Shown one piece after another: positions 44,330 through 57,419 of a stretch of DNA of 64,000 nucleotides (position 1 is its first letter; the number at the start of each line of letters is the position of its first letter). The notes beneath the pieces are model-generated. The model saw only the letters and a list, made by a program, of their open reading frames with translations. It was not told the DNA's origin and made no database searches. Made by a program: the position numbers and the translations under genes. Location: NCBI GenBank assembly GCA_030264375.1, contig JASCQW010000027.1:63321372-63385371 (forward strand), given 5' to 3'. Source of the stretch: Carcharhinus longimanus (taxonomy: Eukaryota).

Positions 44330-45450
44330 TCCATTAATATGCAATTTTTCTTTCTAAATGCCTGTCAAAATTCTTATTGTTTTTCATATTTTTAGCTAAT
44401 TTACTCTAAATTCTCCTTCCTTATTAGTCATCCAGGTAATTTTTGTTGTTCTTTATATTCTGTCCAATCTTCTGATCTGCTACTCATCTTTGCAGAATTG
44501 TACGTTCTTTTAATTTGATACCATCTTCAACTTCTTTAATTAGCCACAAATGATGTATCTTTCCCTTAGAATCCTCCTTTCTCACTGGAATGCATATTTC
44601 CTCAGTAAAATAAGATATCCTCCTTCACCCTCAGCTCCCACAAGTATGTGAAACTTTTGCATTTCTTTTCATTAGGGCTGAAACAGTCCATTCAGCTGTG
44701 TCTTCCAATTCTTTCCCCTCATCATACTTTGTTTAGCCTCCTCCTACACTAACCCTGCACTTACGTCTTTCTCAAGTTTCCTGTCTTCCTGCATGTCCTC
44801 TCCCGTCTCTCCTCATGGTTTGTTCACCAAGTCCTGCTTTGCCCCAAATCCCTAAATACCTGTTGGTCAACCAAAATTTATCAACCTCAGATTTTAAATA
44901 GTAGTTGATATAACATCAATTGCTGCTTGAAAACATGTTCCAAACTTCGATCACCATTTGTGGAATATCGTTCCCAAATTTCACTGAAAGATCTGGCTGT
45001 TATTATTAGACTGCACACATTAGCTCTAGCCTTTTCCAACTAACATTAACAGCTTCTCTCTATCTACCCTATCAGTTTCCTTAACACCTTGAAAACATTG
45101 ATGAAATTACCCGTAAGCTTCAAAATTACAGAAGTCTGGCCCTGGTTTGCATAATCTTTCCTCGTAATTTAAGCCTTGGAGTTCAGGTATCATCTGGTAA
45201 ATGTATACTGTGCTCCCTCAAAAGCTAATATTTTCTAAGATTTAATGTCCAGGTGTATTCTAACAAGGGCTTTATACAGCTGAGGCATAACTTCTACATG
45301 TTATATTCTAACCTTCCAGAATAAAAGGCCAGCATTCCATTAGGCTTTTTGATTATTTTGTGCGTGTTCAGGACATTTTAATGATCAGTGTGCCTCAAGT
45401 CTCTTCGATGTTCATTATTTCTAGCTTTTCACCATTTAGAAAATATTTTT
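44330..45450 (-). mobile_element. Old CR1 fragments
   Basis: Decayed CR1 ORF2 sequence, e.g. ATAAAAGGCCAGCATTCCATTAGGC (minus strand: PNGMLAF). Confidence 0.6.
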
Positions 45451-46359
45451 GGAACCAAAGCAGCACCCACAGTGATCAAATTATGAGCATTATGTAACCA
45501 AACCTTATGACCATCTACTTGGGGATGAGCAACAAAGTGTGGCCTTGCCAGTGACATCCACAAACATGAAAAAAAACTGCCTGTCCAAACAGCCACATCA
45601 GAGGAGCACAAATACCTGTCCCCTTCCATCAGATTTCGGCTTTAATGGTAGGTGGTGACCTGTAGTTTAATTGAAATTAGATTGCTGGTGACACACCATA
45701 ACAGTGATACAACATGGCAAATTCCACCCAGGACTGAAGATTTCCTAGCTGCCAGCTCTCTCACTGTGTGCTCTATGTGTGCATTTTCTCATAGGGATCA
45801 TCAGTAACCATCAAGGTTGGTAACCTTCGCTGAATTGTTCTGTCCTGACAATCCGAACAGTGAGACAAATTGTAGCATCTTTAGTCTTTCTCTGCCTAGT
45901 ATGAGATAAGTCAGCACGCTCAAATAATCAAATCCAGGTTTTATGGCTGAGCATTACACAATGAAACTATTTTTTACTGCTAAGCCATATTGGAAGAGAG
46001 AAAATTGAGATGATATAAGATTTTGTAGGATCTCTACTTCTATGTTGATTCAAGTGGAAATCTATCACAGCAGGAAAGGATGAGAGAAAAAGGCAACCAT
46101 CTGGCCGCATTTCAATTCTGATATTTGATATGAAGGTTAACAAGTCAAATCACAGAGGAGGTTTGCCTTCAATGAAGTTCTCCTATTTTCATTGTTCTCA
46201 ATTAAAGTAAAATAAAATTAACAAGCAAATTTATCATTTCTGTATAAATTTAAATACTTAAATTAGTCATTAATTATTGTGTACTATTAGCATCAATAGT
46301 GTAAATGGTACTCTTTTTTAAAAAAAGTGGATCTTTTTTTCAAAATGCCAGTGGTTCAT

Positions 46360-46900
46360 ATTCTGTAGGAAGTTAAGGACAGGTGGAAGGTGGCTCTGTT
46401 AATTAATGGTGATATTAGCACATCAGAGAGGGATGATCTAAATTCAGGAAACCAGAATGCAGAAACAGTCTGGTTTGAGATGATAAATTGTAATAGTAAC
46501 AAGTCACTTGTGGGATTGATGCACATTGTAACTACATGATAGGACAGAGTGTAAAATAGATAATGGGAGCTGTCAGGTACTGCTATAGCCATCTTTTGGG
46601 CAAATTATATGGACAAAGATGGCTCAGATGAGGAGATCATCAAATATTTCCAGGATAGTTTCTTAGAACAGCACATTCTGGTGCCAACAAAAGGGCATTA
46701 TTAAACTTAAGGAAAAAATATATGTTTGTGTAAAGACAAGTGGCAGGTCAGAAGATTGGAAAGAATAAAAGAACATCAAAAATTTAAAAAGAGATTGATA
46801 AGGAGGGAAAAACTGGAGTATGGGTGAAAGTTATCTAGTAATATAAAAATGGATAATAAGAGTTTCCATGCATATTTAAGTAAGAGAAGTGTTAAAGTGA
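46360..46900 (+). mobile_element. CR1 ORF2 endonuclease-region fragment
   Basis: GGVALLI-like, ETVWFE, FQDSFLEQHI and NIK..NKSF..YL remnants. Confidence 0.65.
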
Positions 46901-47209
46901 GCAGAGGGAACAATTCATTTCTGATCTAGAGCCTCCCACCCTGTTGCTGATTGGGATCTGGAGTTTGAAATTGCTTCTGGCACACTGGTGCCATCCTCCT
47001 TGGCCTCCCTTCCATCCAGCATAGACAAAATTTATCCCCATTTGCCATCCTCAAACTCCTCCCCATCTTTTCCTTTTCTCTTTGAAGACAGCTTCAGTTC
47101 CACTTAATATGCAAATAACACGAATAACACGTCAATGCCACTATCATCTTGCTTCCAGAACCTCAATACGTTGAGGACAGTGGGTGTGGTCAGCAAGTCA
47201 TGTCCTCTT

Positions 47210-47465
47210 AGAACATAAGAACATAAGAAATAGGAGCAGGAGTAGGCCATCTGGCCCTTCGAGCCTGCCCCACCATTCAATAAGNNNNNNNNNNNNNNNN
47301 NNNNNNNNNNNNNNNNNNNNNNNNNNNNNNNNNNNNNNNNNNNNNNNNNNNNNNNNNNNNNNNNNNNNNNNNNNNNNNNNNNNNCTTTGAGTGAAGAAGT
47401 TCCTCCTCAACTCCGTTCTAAAACGCCCCCCCTTTATCTTGAGGCTGTGCCCCCTAGTCCTCTTG
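47210..47465 (-). mobile_element. Young CR1 3' end (gap inside)
   Basis: (AGAACATA)n tail; minus strand RTRGHSLKIKGGRFRTELRRNFFTQ. Confidence 0.9.
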
Positions 47466-47583
47466 TACTGGTGAGCCCTGCAGGCTGCACTGATATCATT
47501 CCTCTCAGCATGCTTTGCCCTCATTCTTTGTTTAGTCTCTTTCTCAGACCAGAGTTCACACTGCTGTAGATTATAGACTCATT

Positions 47584-47707
47584 GGGTGGGATTTTACAGC
47601 TTTGCTTGAGCGAGACTGAAATTCCCACCCGAGGTCAAAGGTCATTTTGATTGTCTGCCCCGCGCCCGCTCCAATTCCATGGCGGGCAGGGTGATAGAAT
47701 TCTGCTG
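47584..47707. mobile_element. PIF/Harbinger-type MITE with 3-bp TSD (ATT)
   Basis: GGGTGGGATTTTAC ... TAGAATTCTGCTG; ATT on both flanks; internal sequence related to 6241-6324. Confidence 0.7.
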
Positions 47708-47994
47708 ATTGATTCTCTCGATGTTCTGTCTTACTTATCCATCTCTCCACTTCTCTAACCTGATCCTCTCTCTCTCTTTGTTTCTCTTCCTTGCCTGTCC
47801 TAACTGTTCCATAGTTTTGCTGATCAGTCTTTGTTGTCTTTTCTCAATTTAATGGAGTTTGCCTCCATTTCTGTGCACTTCCTTGGACAGGCCATCAACC
47901 AGGTTTTCCTTGTGATTGATTACGTGTGGATCCCTCTGACCACTGATCAGCTTCTACTAGGGGATCACCTGCCACCAGAATCACCCTAACTCGC

Positions 47995-48208
47995 ACACAA
48001 AAACTGAAAATATTTGAAAACTTCAGCAGGTCTGACAGTATCTGAGGAGAGGGAATAGAGCGACATTTCAAGTCTGGGTGATTTTTGTTATCAGATTCAA
48101 AACGTTGGCTCTGTTCTCTCTCCACAAAAGGTATCAGACCTGCTGAGATTTTCCAGCATTTTCTGTTTTTGTTTCGGATTCCAGCATCCACAGTATTTTG
48201 CTTTTATT
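47995..48208. mobile_element. Penelope-like palindromic element
   Basis: Arms CAGCAGGTCTGACAGTATCTG / ATCAGACCTGCTGAG, ending TTCCAGCATCCACAGTATTTTGCTTTT. Confidence 0.75.
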
Positions 48209-48858
48209 GCCCTAACTCACCCCTCATTCAGCAGCAGCCTCCCCACCACATTAGTTGTGATTAACTCATCTATAGTTGGTTTTGTCATTTCTCTGTCCTT
48301 CAAGGGTTCCAGTTTGTGATCACCAAAAATCTGCAAGATTATTAACCAGGGATCTCACTAGCCTCTAAGTTCCTTATTCTGTATTTCGGTATCAATGATA
48401 TGAAACAAACTTTCACTTTTAACTGGAAAATCTTTGTGAACCCACTGGGCAAACATATGTACTGACATCACCAGTTGCTTTGTAAAACCTGCATGTAGGA
48501 GTTCATATCTGGGTGGTTGGTGCACTGAATAAATTTTTCCACATGACTTCTAGTGACTGATCAAGTTATCCTTGTATCTGCAGGCCCATTGTCCTTGTGA
48601 GTTGTGACTCTGGTCTCTCAGCATATAAGATAAAGTCTTAAATCACGTCATCTGACAGGATTTTGGATATCTCACCCTGGCCATGCAAAAACATTTTGCA
48701 TTTGGTCTTTCCCTGCAGGTGTTTCCAGTTACCTGCCCGTAATGGATTGGTTGGTAAGGCAGGAAGAAAGCCATTCATACATATCAGAGAGACTGTTGAT
48801 TAGGTCAGTTTCTGTAATCAAGGTGTCTGCTGGTTTACCATCACTCCAATGGAATGTC

Positions 48859-48864
<6 letters not shown>

Positions 48865-48894
<30 letters not shown>
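48865..48894. repeat. (TG)15 microsatellite
   Basis: Direct reading of the sequence. Confidence 0.95.
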
Positions 48895-48897
<3 letters not shown>

Positions 48898-51800
48898 CAT
48901 TGTCTGGTCTCCATNNNNNNNNNNNNNNNNNNNNNNNNNNNNNNNNNNNNNNNNNNNNNNNNNNNNNNNNNNNNNNNNNNNNNNNNNNNNNNNNNNNNNN
49001 NNNNNNNNNNNNNNATTCAGAAGTTCCATATAAGCCTCAGCATTGGTGTCTTTGGTCTGAAATCTTCATCCAATATCCACCACGCTTCATGTTCCTACAA
49101 CCTGGTTCTGAGCTCAAGATGTTGGCCCTCTTCACAACTGGTTACATTTTAACACAAGTATAAACATAATACATATTAAAAAGAAACAAAATGGAGCCAG
49201 CATCTCAGAAAGATACAACATACCAAAATGCCTTACACAACATGCTGTAATTCTCTATGTTCTCAGTGACACTGGATGCCGGGGACCTAGTCACATGCAG
49301 TCCCATTCTGCTGAAAGCCATCTTCCCTTTACGGCTCAGGAGATGCAGATATCCTACTCTCCTTCCAGACTCTATTTTGCTCCATTTTACTGTGGTGATC
49401 TAGTCTGACAAGAGGGCAGAATGTCAGTAATTATGTTGCACTGTGTTTGGGTGATGAGCATGTCACAGCTGAATAGTTGCAGGACTGTGGGGGCAGCAAG
49501 AGGTGAGTGTGTGAGGTTGGTGCCTTTGAATGGTGTGTGAGGGTGAGGTGGGGAATTTGGATGTCAGGTGTGAGTCCTGATGATGAGGGAATGCTTCAGG
49601 TTAAATGATAGGAATGTAGTACATTTAACAATCACACAGAAGTCTTGTGGAGAGTAGGAGATGTCACATGATCAATACACTCACTGATGTTGACCACATA
49701 TATGAGGTCAGTGGCCTCATGTGACACAGTTAGATCCTCGGATCCAAACTCCAGGAGTTGATCTTCTGGCCAATTGTTCTCATTTCCTTCTTGAGGGTCT
49801 CTGTCTCTACAGAATCACACAATTGTTACAGCATAGAAAGAGACCATTAAGTCCATCATGCCTGTTGTTATGCCAGTTTTGCTTTTAATATCTTAAGTGA
49901 GGAGACTCTTGAGGGAATAAAGTGCATTAAGCAATTTAAGACCAGTGCGTATTTCGGTACATATCAGTTGACCGGTCTGACCTTATATTGTTCTCTTGCT
50001 CAGTGAAACTGCTTCCTTTTTGGAGACCAGTGATAATGATTCACGTGCCATTGAAGGTACAGTGAAGTATGTGGTTTAGTCAGTGTAGTGAAACATGTTC
50101 CTTGACAATGAAATGATCCATGTGCCTTTGGCATTTTACTGATCTATATTTCATTGGTGGTTTGATGATTAAAAGAGAGAAAGAAAGATTTATTGTAAAT
50201 TGCTTTGAGATGTGCAGTTATCATGAAAAGCGCTATCTAAATACAAATCCTTTTTTAATCATTCCACCGTGAATGACATGTGGATCATTACATTGTCAAT
50301 GGTAACTGGTTGTGTAATGAATCACATGCCTGTGGCAATTTAATGTTAAATGTGTCATTAACAGTGAAATGAAGCATACAAATGTTTACATTTAGAAACA
50401 TATAAAACATGCTGAAATTTGATGCAAATTTGAGTAGATAAATGTAAGGGGCTCACAGTAAAATCTTCTTGTATTCTTGAGGAGAGCACTGCTTTTCAAG
50501 GTGGACAACTCCTGTTTACATGTCAAGCTGGCAATTACTACTTTGCAGCTGAACTCTGACACCCAGGCTGGATTTCCAGTCTGTGGTCAGAAACACGAAT
50601 ATTCAGAATATTTCCGAATCCTGACTCCATGTTCCATCAGCGCTAGTGCTGCAACTCAATTTCAAAAGGTGAGGAGCCTACTTGACCCGGGAGTGAGTTC
50701 AGCACCTGATTAGCTGTGGCCTGGAGGTGGGACCCAGTAACCAAGGCCCTTTTGAAAAGATGAACAGCAAACATAACTGGGCTTGCAGAGGACCAGCATT
50801 GGCAAGGCAGGCATCCACAGGCAGTTTCTCAGCTGCCTCCCTGAGGCATGAGCCGTTGCTGAGAGGTGAGAAATAATGTTCATGGCCTCCAGCTGAGCAA
50901 ATTCATCCAGAGACACCAAAAGGTGCTAATAGTGGTCAGCTGTAGAGGAGTGACCAGGGTAACTGGTATCTGTATCAGGAAAGATCTGATAAGGTCTGGA
51001 AAGCTGAGTGGAAAGTGACCCTCATGAGTGACTATCCATGTTGCAAGGCCCTATGACAAATGCAGGTGCAACAGCCTGTGGATGACCATTCACAGGTACC
51101 CCTAGGCAGCTCACTTGGAGGCAAAGACAATGGAGTAGACTGCCTCAGCCACATGCCTCAGCACACCATCCTAGTGGATGTGAACACAAAGTGCAATGCC
51201 ATTAGTTGTACTTTTTGGGTTACCTGGGCAAAGTTGTCTCAATTTGTTTGGTCATTTATGCCACCTTTAATAATCATTGGTGATCATCTTGTCAGATTTT
51301 TGTGTCAGTACTACTTGATGTCAACACTAAAATACAAGTTGTTGTGCAGAGGAGGAAGGTGTGATCTGAGTCTGTGGTTACATGGCCTGTGATGCGGGAA
51401 AATGTTGGCAGGTGGAGACTCCATTCTTAGGTTTATGGATAGCAATGAGATTCTTCAAATTGTGTTTGTTGGACAATTTCTCTCTCTGATGGAAGTTGAG
51501 TTTGAGTCATCTGTCATAGAGCAGAGGCACCAAAATGAAATATTGATTGATTAATGTGGTTCTTATAGCTATGCCAACTTGCTGATGACCATGAGGCTTG
51601 GGGCTGGGCTCCTCTGGGTTATCCCTTCATCCTCCTGTTCCTCTATTTAGATCTCATCCCCATCCTTCTCACTGATGCTCTAGATCCTCTTCTTTAACCA
51701 TCTCTGGGGAAATGGTGGTGTAACAGTAATGTTACCAGACTACTAATTTAGGAGCCCAGGACAACTGGGTTCAATTCCCACCATAGCATGTGCTGATGCT

Positions 51801-52269
51801 CCTCCTCACTACTCTGCCAATGTTTGAGTGGCCTGTTCTTTATCCGAAATTCTTCTGCTGGTGCTTGTTATTTCTACTGATCAAACCTTCCCAAGTGATG
51901 CCAGTAACCTTATATCTCTTGCAAAAATTCTGCCACACACTTCATAAATACAAGTCTCTTTTCTCCTAAATACGTTCACTATTGCATCGATGAGCGCTCT
52001 TGGCTCCATGCTCCATTCACAACAGCTGCACCCTGACATGTCCCATGCATTACAATTTCGCCCTGCCTCACAATTGAAAATTGCAAACTGCTCCTCTGAA
52101 GCCTATTGATGAGCTTGTCAACTTGTTAACTGGAGGTGTGTGTGTGTCTTCTCCCTCCACCCTCCACTTCTGCCTTCTCTTTGAAAATTGTGTCATGTTC
52201 TGGAGGTGTCAGGATCCAGTGACACTCTCCAGGAACACAATTTTCATTACACATCTGCACGCAAGGTTT

Positions 52270-52565
52270 CTATGGTGGCAAGTGGTAAGCGCTGCTGCCT
52301 CACAGTGCCAGAGACCTGGGTTCAATTCCGAACTGTGTGGAGTTTTGCTGCACATTCTCCCAGTGTCTGTGTGGGTTTCCTCCGGGTGTGCTGGTTTCCT
52401 CTCACAGTCCAAAGGTGTTCGGTTTAGGTGCATTGGCCATGCTAAATTGCCCCTTAGTGTTCTTGGATGCATAAGTTAGCGGGATAAATATGTGGGGTTA
52501 CAGAGATAGGGCCGAGGTGGAATTGTTATTGGTGCAGACTTGATGGGCTGAATTGCCTCCTTCTN
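52270..52565 (+). mobile_element. HE1 SINE, near full length
   Basis: tRNA-like head, V-domain, CR1-type tail GATGGGCTGAATTGCCTCCTTCT. Confidence 0.9.
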
Positions 52566-53439
52566 NNNNNNNNNNNNNNNNNNNNNNNNNNNNNNNNNCT
52601 AGCAATTAAAAATCATGCCCCAGTATAAATACTCTAGCAGAAGTGAAAGAAAAAGTACTACTGACTTTAATGTACATGGAAATCAGCTCACCCTTCCGAG
52701 TTAAATTTCCTTTTTTTTGTATTAATGTCTATGAACATTGCCAAATACACAGGTCCTAAAATTTCTGCTTGTCCTCTCTATTGTCACAAGTGTCAGCAAG
52801 TTGTCTGTCCTGGCCATAATGTTGTTCCAATCTCATGGCTGAGGTAATTTGCACAAAGCTGTCGGCATATGCAACACTTAGCGTAAGCTGGATATGGACC
52901 CACGGGGGTTGAGGATCCTGGATGTAGGATCCTGGTACTTAGTTTGTGAGGCAACACTCTAGCCCTATTTTGACCAAAGGGTTCTGCAATAAGTGTGTAG
53001 ACACACTTTATCTTGACTGCTCTAAAGGCAGATCAGTCTCTACCCTCTTGGTCCCCCAACTTAAGCAGCCTGCTTCTATCTCCTTCCCAAAATGCATAAA
53101 CAAGACTACCCTGGTTGACTCATAATTTCAGTTTGGCCTTGTCTCACTTATTTTTCCAACTTTGATTCTATTTTTTCCCCTTGTCCAGCCTCTTCCCACT
53201 TACGTCCATTATTCTTCCAATACTCTATATATCACTAAATATAAGCTTGGTATTTTGGAAATCTAAGCAGTAATAATAGTGTGATGCAAGTTTATAACAA
53301 GGTAGCATTGAAGCAAGAAATTTTGCATTTGGAATTAGGGAATTGTCACTTACATTACCTAGAGGAATGTAACTTTAACCCAGGACTCATGACTGCTTAA
53401 CATGGTAATATTTTAAACCAATTTCCTGGCCTGAATCAC

Positions 53440-53970
53440 TTTCCTCTTAAACACATATCTCTTCAGACCACACCCCCACCTCCAGCAGGATAGTCTGTGA
53501 GCTCACCACTTCTGCATTGAATTGAAGGCCAACCAATTCCCATCCACTCTGCTATACTGAATCATTTCTCACGTTGAACAACTTCTCCTTCAGCTCATTC
53601 ATTTCCTTCAAACAGAAGGTGTTGTTATGGGTACTTACAGGGTTTCCTAGCCATGCCTGTATTTTTGTGGAATATATGGGACAGTCATTATTCCAGTTCT
53701 ACTCAGGCCCCTCCCTCAACTCTTTTTTGAGACATTGATGACAGTATCAGTCTGTTCCTGTTCTGACCCCCGAACTGGAAAATTTAATTGACCTTTTTTC
53801 CAATTTCCACCCTTCCCCTGCATTCATCTGATCCACCTCTGAATCCTTTCCTTCCTGGACATCAGTGTCTCCATTTCTGGGGATAGGCTATCAACTAAAA
53901 TGGATAATAAAGTCAATGGACTGCCAAAGCTACTGTGACTACACTTCCTTACAGCCCACTTCTTACAAGA
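53440..53970 (+). mobile_element. Penelope-like reverse transcriptase remnant
   Basis: LTLNNFSF; HFLQTEGVVMGT; PSHACIFVEYMGQSLF; HIDD; SNFHPS; FLDISVSISGDRLST. Confidence 0.8.
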
Positions 53971-54039
53971 AGTGGGACAGGATGTCCCACCAGGCAGTGG
54001 GATCTGGAGTACCAGAATAACTTACTCTTCTTTCCTCCT

Positions 54040-55084
54040 CTGCTGCCATTCTGCCTCAATGAGTGATGCAGCTTGAAGACAAGTTGTCACCATTTTGAAT
54101 GATTAGTAGCAAGCTTCTCCCAGTCAATGCTGCTGCATTTTAAAGCGAGATTCAGAATGTCTTTGAAACATTTCCTTGGTCCTCACCTGGAATGTTGGCC
54201 GTCTGAGAGTTGATGAAACAGGTCTTGGTGGAGGTAAGTGGTTTTCAGCCACTTGGATACAATGTCAGTCCAACAATGTTGAGTTTTACCTGAATACTTG
54301 TGGAGTTGGCTTCAAGTCAGACATTAGCATTTTTTTAACAGTGCTCCCATTGAATCTGGAGAGTGCAGCTGAGGCATTGTAGATGGAATTTCTCTGATGC
54401 TCTTGCGTGTCACTGATACACAATCCAGATCTGTCTACAGGAAGGTCTGTGTTGTTGGACACTCACTGCTGCATTTTGCCATAGTGCTATAGCTGGTGCA
54501 GCTAATCCAGTGTTGAATCTCCTTGTCAATGTTAGCCTTTTAAGACAGATGTATGCCAAGATATGTGATGTGCTTAATATAGTCCAGCCTCTCCTTTGAT
54601 ATATATATAGGGTGTGGTTTGACTGACTAGATATGGGTTGATGTATGAGTTTTGTTTTGGCAACATTCAGGAACAGATCAAATTGCCTTTATGCAGAATT
54701 AAAGAGGCTGAGGATTGTTTGCAAATCCACAAGCTGGAGATCACGCATGTCTCTGATGATCAGTTTTGTTTTGGCACAGTGACAACTGAGGGTAAAGTGT
54801 TTTCAATCTAGAGGGCATGCAATGCAAATGCCAGAGGGCAGTTGATATTTGATGAGGCGAAGAACCATTGTCAGATTGATTGTAAATTGTATGGGGGCTG
54901 TCACACAACCTAGATTTTGAAGGAATCTGTTTCAGATCTCCCACTGAAGATGACTGCATTCATACCATCAGGAAGCAGCTGCTGGATTGTGATGAAGTTT
55001 CTTGAATATTCAAATCTCTCAGCACAATCCACAGACCCTTGCTATTTACTGAGCCAAACGCTTTGGTCAGATTGATGAATGTTA
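54040..55084 (-). mobile_element. RTE-clade LINE remnant
   Basis: Minus strand: FINLTKAFGSVNSKGLWIVL; YLGIHLS.KANIDKEIQH; C-terminal KRHSE/FKD-like segment. Confidence 0.75.
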
Positions 55085-55290
55085 TGATGTGGAGATGCCA
55101 GTGTTGGACTGGGGTATGCATGGTAAGACGTCTCACAACACCAGGTTAAAGTCCAACAGGTTTATTTGGTAGCACAAGCTTTTNNNNNNNNNNNNNNNNN
55201 NNNNNNNNNNNNNNNNNNNNNNNNNNNNNNNNNNNNNNNNNNNNNNNNNNNNNNNNNNNNNNNNNNNNNNNNNNNNNNNNNGAATGTATT
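55085..55290. mobile_element. Penelope-derived short repeat (gap inside)
   Basis: GATGTGGAGATGCCAGTGTTGGACTGGGGT...CAACACCAGGTTAAAGTCCAACAGGTTTATTTGG, recalled as an abundant shark repeat. Confidence 0.6.
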
Positions 55291-55939
55291 GAAGAGTTCC
55301 TGATGTTGTGCTCAATACATTCCTTAGAGTTACTGGCAACAAAGACTTTTATCAGCCATTCCTCTGAAAGATTTAAAGCCACACAATGGACCCAATTTTA
55401 CCATCGCTTTGCACCCGTTTTCAGATGCGAAAACTTGATAAAGTTGGGCGCGAGGCGAGTCGCACAATCCGTACAAATGTATTATAGTGGAATCACTCTA
55501 TCAGACAGATATTGAAACTTGAGTTACTGATCAGTAATGTCAAACTGGTGGTGAAAAGAATCCCATGTTTTGAGGCCTGGGCTTCATTTCAATCATGTCT
55601 GCAAGTCCAACAGACATCCTGAGCCCTTTCCCTGCAGCCTTCTCCACAGAAAGCTAGCAACCTTCCACCAGCCATTCTGCAGCCACTGGGGTAGAACTGT
55701 GTGGAAGTACTAGGAAAGACCAAAGCATCCACAAAACACACATTAAAGCAAGGTAAAGTGCAGAGAATTGTATTTATTACTGGGAGTTTTGTTGAATTAA
55801 AGTGTTGTGTTGGTTTTGTGATGTCTTCAAGACTTTGACAAAGAGGATTTCTGAATGATCCATAACAGAGAGATAGAACAGTGCTGATGTCCAGAACAAC
55901 ATTGATCTGTGGATTTATTTGAGATGGGAATCTCATGAG

Positions 55940-56950
55940 ATACACACTGATGATGATGTTGCAGATTTATTCTTCTCTTCATCCTCTTTCTCAGGTGGTC
56001 AACAGATTCTAGCTGTCATGACGTGCACTCTCACACTGACCTGAACAATGGAGTGCAGAAAACTACCAGTAATCATGAGATACGCTCCAATAAGTATTGT
56101 AGCTCTTCCCTGGAGTGGTCAAGGCAGTATGTGGATCTGTTGATTGAAGTCACCAATGGTCTGCTCCATGACATTCCTGATTGTAGCAGTGCTTTTGTTG
56201 TTGGAACACAGTTCACATCTGGTTGGGTAGTAGAGAGGGAGTCATTAGCCACATGAGGAGCTGTTAGAGCCTGTAGAGCAAAATGACTCTGAGTTGGCAC
56301 GGTGGTTCAAAGATGGTGGGAATAGTTGACTGTTGCAGAATAAAAGTATCATAATGACCACCAGGCTAGGAATATTCAACAGTTTGGTGAGCTGCACTTA
56401 GTCAAGCACCTATTCAGGAAGCAGAATCCTTTGCGCTTCTGGTACACCTCCCTATTGGAATGTATCAACTAAATAGTCATGTGCTTGCAGTCTGAGAGTC
56501 CTTGCGCATTTGGAATCCCATCAAAACCACATGTTCAGTCCTCCTGCCTCTATCTGCTTCCAGAGAAGACAATGGAGTGCCTGCACCTTGCAAACAGAAC
56601 TTCAGTAACTTCCCTTATCTAGCAGTATATGGTAACCTGAAGAATGCTGGTGATGTCACCACCTCTGGAGTGGAAGGATCTAAGAAATAGAAATTATGAG
56701 CGTCAGTGACCTAGGTAGCCACTGACTGAACCATCCTTGCTGCACTTTGTGGCTGTAGGTCCATGTGGAAGAGGTGACACAGTTCACTGACCACCTCCTT
56801 GTAAAGTGTAACCACCAAAGTTATTGATTCAGGCTGAAGCAGATGCCAGGGAAAAATGTCTGGATGCCCTTGGTACTTATTGGGAGGCTTCCTCCTCCCT
56901 CCTATGTGAGCAACTTCCCTTCTCTGCTGTGCTCCATCTTCATGTTAAGC
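55940..56950 (-). pseudogene. PIF/Harbinger (HARBI1-like) transposase pseudogene, nearly full length
   Basis: Minus strand: EVVSELCHLFHMDLQP; VA..VT.A.NF; WLMTP; TIRNVMEQTIG; CLDHSREELQYLLERIS; acidic tail. Many disruptions. Confidence 0.8.
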
Positions 56951-57419
56951 TGTAGCCCATGAGGGTCTGCAAATATAGCACCCATGACTGAAAGCAAATT
57001 GTCTGTTCAAAGCTACACTGCTCCTTCCAGCATCACTCCCTTCTGACTGAAGGAGGTTGCATGAGCTATGCCAACAACACAGTACATAGTATTTTCACTC
57101 ATTCTACAGCAGTAAAAGTCAAAAGCACCTTATCTGATAATTGCCTGATGTTGCTTTTAACGGCAACTGCGGTCATTCCTCGTGTAACTGAACACATGTT
57201 CAACTGCCAGTCACGTCAGGTTTAGATGCTGACTGACATCACGATCTACCTACTGTACATGCAGATGTGCTATCGCCCTAAAAATGGCAGTTGGCACAAG
57301 TTGTTCTGAAAAGTCAGTGGTGGAGTCAAATTTTGCTGCCTTAATTCTCCATTGGACAGCATACCTCACAATCACTCCAGTCCATCCTCTCACACTACTC
57401 TGATTTTCATTGTATTAAG

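Noticed and set aside
55940-56950. Possible domesticated HARBI1-like gene
   Set aside because: Multiple stops and frameshifts across the catalytic region.
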